Shown here: piece by piece, positions 60,232 to 64,000 of the stretch
How the letters are laid out: the number at the start of each line of letters is the position of its first letter
Position numbering within the stretch: position 1 is the first letter of the stretch
From: Holosporales bacterium
GTDB lineage: Bacteria > Pseudomonadota > Alphaproteobacteria > JAJTHO01
Reading direction: 5' to 3'
Assembly: GCA_046318675.1 (NCBI GenBank)
Contig: JBKCUA010000006.1
Location: 30,060 to 94,059 of the forward strand
Length of the DNA: 64,000 nucleotides
Position numbers and translations under genes: made by a program
The notes under the pieces: model-generated
The model's database searches: none
Told to the model about the DNA's origin: nothing
What the model saw: the letters and a program-made list of their open reading frames with translations, nothing else

Positions 60232-61686
60232 CTACTCCTGCACTTTATCTGCTGAGCTTAAAATAATTCCTCCGGAAACAGCTTTATCGATAGAAGCCAA
60301 ATGCGCTCTTAAATCAGAAAAACCTTTTTCTATATCAAACCGCTCAGTATCAACACTGTTCGCTGTGGTCATTACCAATGCCTCAATTTGACTGAGCAAA
60401 ATATCACGTTCTTGCGTCCGAGCACTCTCAATAGTCAGAATATAATATTGAAACACACCAATAAGCGTTGCGAAACGATTAACCCCATTTTTTATTTCTC
60501 TTGTGTTATCAATAATATGTGCAAATTGTGGGCCAAAATTTTCTTTTAATGCCTGCTCTAACAACCCAACAATTTGTTCGAGATTCTTGTTAAGATTTTT
60601 CTGTAAATCTGCAAAGATAGCCCGCACCGTACTTTCAATAGCACGCTGCACCCCAGCTTCAATCGCATCAATAATTTGAACAGCCGCCGCATTACTACTA
60701 CTATGCAAAGCTGCTTCAATACGGGTGCCACTGTCTTCCAGATGCCGCTCTAGATTTTTCGCCATACTGGCCACCACAGAAAGATTGGTGCTGTGTGCGC
60801 CTAGATGCTGCTCTAGGCTTTTTGTTAGTTCCGTCACAGCGTTCGCTGTAGGATTAGAAGAAATCGCCTCTTTATAGGTGGGCGCATTATCAATATGATC
60901 ATCAATCCAAACACTGAGGTCTTCAACAAAACGATCTTGAATTTTTGAAAACAGAACCCCCATGAGCCCCAGAATTAAAGACCCACAAAGACCAAACAAC
61001 GAGGCGCTAAAAGCAATTCCCATCCCCTGCAATGGGGCAGAAACAGACCCCAAAAAGTCAATAAACATCTTATCTGCTGATTGCGCTTTTTCTATGGGAT
61101 CGACATCGTTGTTCCCTTTTTGCGTTGCTTTATCCATGGTTTCCACCACGGCATGCATCGCATCGCCCACCGAATTAATTGTCTCTAGCAGCCCCCAAAA
61201 TGTCCCTATAAGACCCAACATAATCAATGTTGCCGTCATATAAGAAACTCGCCCCCTCAATCGTCCGAGCCGGGCACCGAGTTTTGTTTTAATGAGGCGA
61301 GCCTCAGTATCCGTAAAACCTATTTTTCGATTCTTCTTTGCACGTTCAATAACCGCACGCATTTGCGTGCTACGCAGAATACCCGTATCAGCTAATTCTA
61401 CAATTTCTTGAACAGCTAAAGGATCGATACTTCCCATCTCCACCACACGCTGCCATAAGGTGATCGATCTTGCCGTGCGAGCCACGTGCCACCAATTAAG
61501 GCTCGCCAACACCAATCCTAAAAAAAATGTTGCAATAATAAAACTATTCAATCCAGGATGCGCCATAAAGCGCAGGACAATTTCATCGCGCAACGAGAAA
61601 CAAAAAAATGCTATGGCAACTAGCGCAACGCTTGGCACAATAGGTCGGTACGATGTGTTCATAAAAGTCTTATCCATCAAGTGCAA
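60232..61686 (-). CDS. MotA/TolQ/ExbB family proton-channel protein with a ~230-aa helical C-terminal extension (SiiB-like)
   Basis: TM pair at the N-terminus. MLGLIGTFWGLLETI resembles the GLxGTVWGI motif of TolQ/ExbB. A second TM helix is GMGIAFSASLFGLCGSLILGL. A long predicted helical tail follows. Confidence 0.7.
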   Translation of the reverse strand: MHLMDKTFMNTSYRPIVPSVALVAIAFFCFSLRDEIVLRFMAHPGLNSFIIATFFLGLVLASLNWWHVARTARSITLWQRVVEMGSIDPLAVQEIVELADTGILRSTQMRAVIERAKKNRKIGFTDTEARLIKTKLGARLGRLRGRVSYMTATLIMLGLIGTFWGLLETINSVGDAMHAVVETMDKATQKGNNDVDPIEKAQSADKMFIDFLGSVSAPLQGMGIAFSASLFGLCGSLILGLMGVLFSKIQDRFVEDLSVWIDDHIDNAPTYKEAISSNPTANAVTELTKSLEQHLGAHSTNLSVVASMAKNLERHLEDSGTRIEAALHSSSNAAAVQIIDAIEAGVQRAIESTVRAIFADLQKNLNKNLEQIVGLLEQALKENFGPQFAHIIDNTREIKNGVNRFATLIGVFQYYILTIESARTQERDILLSQIEALVMTTANSVDTERFDIEKGFSDLRAHLASIDKAVSGGIILSSADKVQE

Positions 61687-61778
61687 TCCATTACGATGAG
61701 CCGTATTTCACAATAGTAAAAAAATCGTTACGGCCGTTGCAGCACGCAACTGCTTGGCAAGCTATTAAGCTGTGGCGG

Positions 61779-61790
61779 AGAGAGAGAGAG
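61779..61790. repeat. (AG)6 dinucleotide repeat in the divergent intergenic region
   Basis: Direct reading: ggagagagagagagcc. Confidence 0.9.
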
Positions 61791-61897
61791 CCGGATTCTA
61801 TTCCGTCAGAATAACCGCGATATGTTTTTAAAACCACCCCCACCCCCCTTTCTCCCCTGTTGCCCTTCGCCCTACGCCCCTCTAATCTGCCCCCACC

Positions 61898-63124
61898 ATG
61901 CAGACCGATTTTCACCGTATTTCCCGCCTGCCGCCTTATGTTTTTGCGGAGGTTAACCGCCTCAAATTGGTTTCCCGCCAAGCCGGGCGTGACGTGATTG
62001 ACTTCGGTATGGGCAACCCAGATTCGGCCTCGCCGCCCCACGTGGTACAAAAACTTATTGAAACCGTAGGTGATGCCCGCACCCACCGTTATTCTGTTTC
62101 CCGGGGGATTCACGGCCTGCGCAAGGCTCAAGCGGCCTATTACCAGCGGCGGTTTAACGTCGATCTTGATCCTGATAAAGAAATTGTCGCTACCTTGGGA
62201 AGCAAAGAAGGCCTCGTCAACCTCGCCCAAGCCATCACCAGCCCCGGCGATGTGATTTTAGCCCCCAACCCCTGTTACCCCATTCACAGCTTCGGGTTTA
62301 TGCTTGCTGGTGGCTCAATACGCCATCTACCCGTTGATTTTGAATCTGATTTTACCGTACGTCTCATTGAACAAATCAAGCGCGCTATCCGCCATTCGGT
62401 GCCCAAACCCACGTTATTAGTTGTTAGCTACCCCAGCAACCCAACCGCACAGATAGTTTCTCTTGACTTTTATGAAGAAATAGTTAAAATTTGCAAATAT
62501 CACAACCTTTTTATTTTATCGGATCTTGCTTATGCTGAAATATACTTTGATTCATCTCGAAAGCCAAAATCTCTACTTGAAGTGCCGGGAAGCCGGGAAA
62601 TCGCTGTTGAATTTACGACTCTTAGCAAAACCTACTCAATGCCCGGCTGGCGTGTTGGCTTTGCGGTTGGCAGTCCAGTCCTCATAGGGGCACTGACAAA
62701 AATAAAGTCGTACGTTGATTACGGCGGCTTTACCCCGGTTCAGGTTGCCGCCGCTGCCGCGCTCAACGGCCCACAAGATTACGTGGACGAGATGCGGGCA
62801 TTGTACAAAGAACGCCGCGACACTCTGGTTCAGGGTCTGCGAGCAGCAGGGTGGGAGGTTCCCCTCCCCGATGCCTCCATGTTTGTCTGGGCACCCATTC
62901 CCCCCGCCTTTCGATCCCTTGGATCACTTGCCTTTTCGAAACTTTTACTCCGCCATGCCGACGTGGCTGTGGCTCCCGGCATTGGCTTTGGTGAATATGG
63001 CGACTGCTATGTGCGTATCGCCCTCGTCGAGAACACCCAGCGCATCCGCCAAGCTGTTCGTAATATCAAAGAATTCCTCCGCCGTGATCCCGCGGCCTTG
63101 GCTGCCGAGGTCACGTTATTATGA
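61898..63124 (+). CDS. class I/II PLP-dependent aminotransferase (alanine/LL-DAP aminotransferase-like)
   Basis: RLPPYVFAEVN N-terminus, SKTYSMPGWRVG (PLP Lys), 408 aa. Confidence 0.88.
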   Translation: MQTDFHRISRLPPYVFAEVNRLKLVSRQAGRDVIDFGMGNPDSASPPHVVQKLIETVGDARTHRYSVSRGIHGLRKAQAAYYQRRFNVDLDPDKEIVATLGSKEGLVNLAQAITSPGDVILAPNPCYPIHSFGFMLAGGSIRHLPVDFESDFTVRLIEQIKRAIRHSVPKPTLLVVSYPSNPTAQIVSLDFYEEIVKICKYHNLFILSDLAYAEIYFDSSRKPKSLLEVPGSREIAVEFTTLSKTYSMPGWRVGFAVGSPVLIGALTKIKSYVDYGGFTPVQVAAAAALNGPQDYVDEMRALYKERRDTLVQGLRAAGWEVPLPDASMFVWAPIPPAFRSLGSLAFSKLLLRHADVAVAPGIGFGEYGDCYVRIALVENTQRIRQAVRNIKEFLRRDPAALAAEVTLL

Positions 63125-64000
63125 ACACATCTACTCCCCTTCGCCTCGGCATTGCCGGGGCTGGTACTGTTGGCGGCGCAGTGGTGCGCCTGCTGCTGGA
63201 ACGAAGCGATGCCCTTGCCCAACGAGCCGGACGTCCCTTGGTCATCGCCGCCATTGCCACCCGCAGCCCAGACAGAATCAAGGGCTTAAATACACAGGGC
63301 ATTCGTGTATTTACTAACCCCCTTGAACTGCCTACGCTTTCTGATATTGATGCCGTGGTCGAAGTTATCGGCGGCGCGGACGGTACCGCAAAAACTCTTG
63401 TAGAAAATTCCCTAAAAGCCGGAAAACACGTTATTACAGCTAACAAAGCTCTACTTGCTCATCATGGCTATGATCTGGCAGTACTGGCGGAGAAAAACAC
63501 GGTTAGCCTAGCGTTTGAAGCCGCCGTCGCCGGCGGCGTGCCCATCCTCAAAGCCCTGCGCGAAGGGGCAGTAGCCAACGCCATCCCCCGCATTTTTGGC
63601 ATTTTAAACGGCACTTGTAATTATATCCTCACTAAAAGCCGTCAATTGGGATTACCTTTTGCCGACATTCTCAAGGAAGCGCAGCAACTTGGCTATGCCG
63701 AAGCCGATCCAGCGGCCGATGTAGACGGCCTAGATACCGGGCATAAGCTCAGCATTTTAGCCAGCTTGGCATTTTCTAACCGTATTTCCTTCACAAACGT
63801 CCGCATTGCAGGCATCAGAGCACTGGAACCTCTGGATCACCACTACGCGGCAGAGCTGGGATATGCGATAAAGCTCCTTGGCTACGCTGAACACCGAAAT
63901 AATACTGTTTTACAACGCGTAAGTCCTTTTTTTGTGCCGTTATCTTTAGCCATCGGTCATGTAGAGGATGTCTTTAATGCTGTTGTTTTTGAAGGGGATG
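63121..64000 (+). CDS. hom: homoserine dehydrogenase (N-terminal ~293 aa; continues beyond the window)
   Basis: My own translation gives MNTSTPLRLGIAGAGTVGGAVVRLL...HVITANKALLAHHG...FEAAVAGGVPILKALREG. ATGA overlap with the aminotransferase stop. Absent from the ORF track because the frame has no stop within the window. Confidence 0.9.
   Translation, partial: MNTSTPLRLGIAGAGTVGGAVVRLLLERSDALAQRAGRPLVIAAIATRSPDRIKGLNTQGIRVFTNPLELPTLSDIDAVVEVIGGADGTAKTLVENSLKAGKHVITANKALLAHHGYDLAVLAEKNTVSLAFEAAVAGGVPILKALREGAVANAIPRIFGILNGTCNYILTKSRQLGLPFADILKEAQQLGYAEADPAADVDGLDTGHKLSILASLAFSNRISFTNVRIAGIRALEPLDHHYAAELGYAIKLLGYAEHRNNTVLQRVSPFFVPLSLAIGHVEDVFNAVVFEGD

Noticed and set aside
61691-62230. 179-aa minus-strand ORF next to the MotA-like gene
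   Set aside because: It is antisense to the well-supported aminotransferase CDS and has no recognisable motifs. The upstream part of it is the intergenic promoter region.

Overview
Alphaproteobacterial-type chromosomal window. The inference rests on gene content: ctaCDB/ctaE-SURF1, FliX, a DUF3035 (BamF-like) lipoprotein, a DUF2336-like protein, an NDUFS4-like protein, PPDK, and yfgM-bamB-der. About 80% is densely packed housekeeping DNA: ppdK, cytochrome oxidase genes, hslVU, sucA, der, dapD, metF, gap, phoUB, mtnP, ribF-ileS-lspA, tRNA-Pro, tkt, zapA, mlaA/mlaC, hom. Many adjacent genes overlap by 1-4 nt at start/stop (ATGA, GTGA, TAATG). Visibly AT-richer accessory segments interrupt this backbone. 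(1) A ~3.8 kb block of orphan Tad pseudopilin genes plus a PAP2-like gene sits at the 3' end of fliX, bracketed by a direct repeat that duplicates the fliX terminus. (2) An AAA_21 ATPase plus RloB/TOPRIM-like pair (AbiL-like defence candidate) lies between dapD and ctaE. (3) A decayed patch after der holds a P-loop ATPase and a DUF4143 gene remnant. (4) Two small loci share a conserved cassette built around pentanucleotide tandem repeats, making them candidate phase-variable loci. (5) A C12 tract sits inside a CHAP/TIGR02594-like hydrolase gene. (6) The most interesting feature is a five-gene minus-strand operon in which a MotA/ExbB-like protein with a long helical tail and a MotB-like protein precede TolC, a T1SS ABC transporter and a HlyD adaptor. 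That architecture resembles Salmonella SPI-4 SiiAB-SiiCDF, but no substrate gene lies in cis. All product calls rest on motif and family recognition in the supplied translations. No database search was run, and GC statements are by eye.
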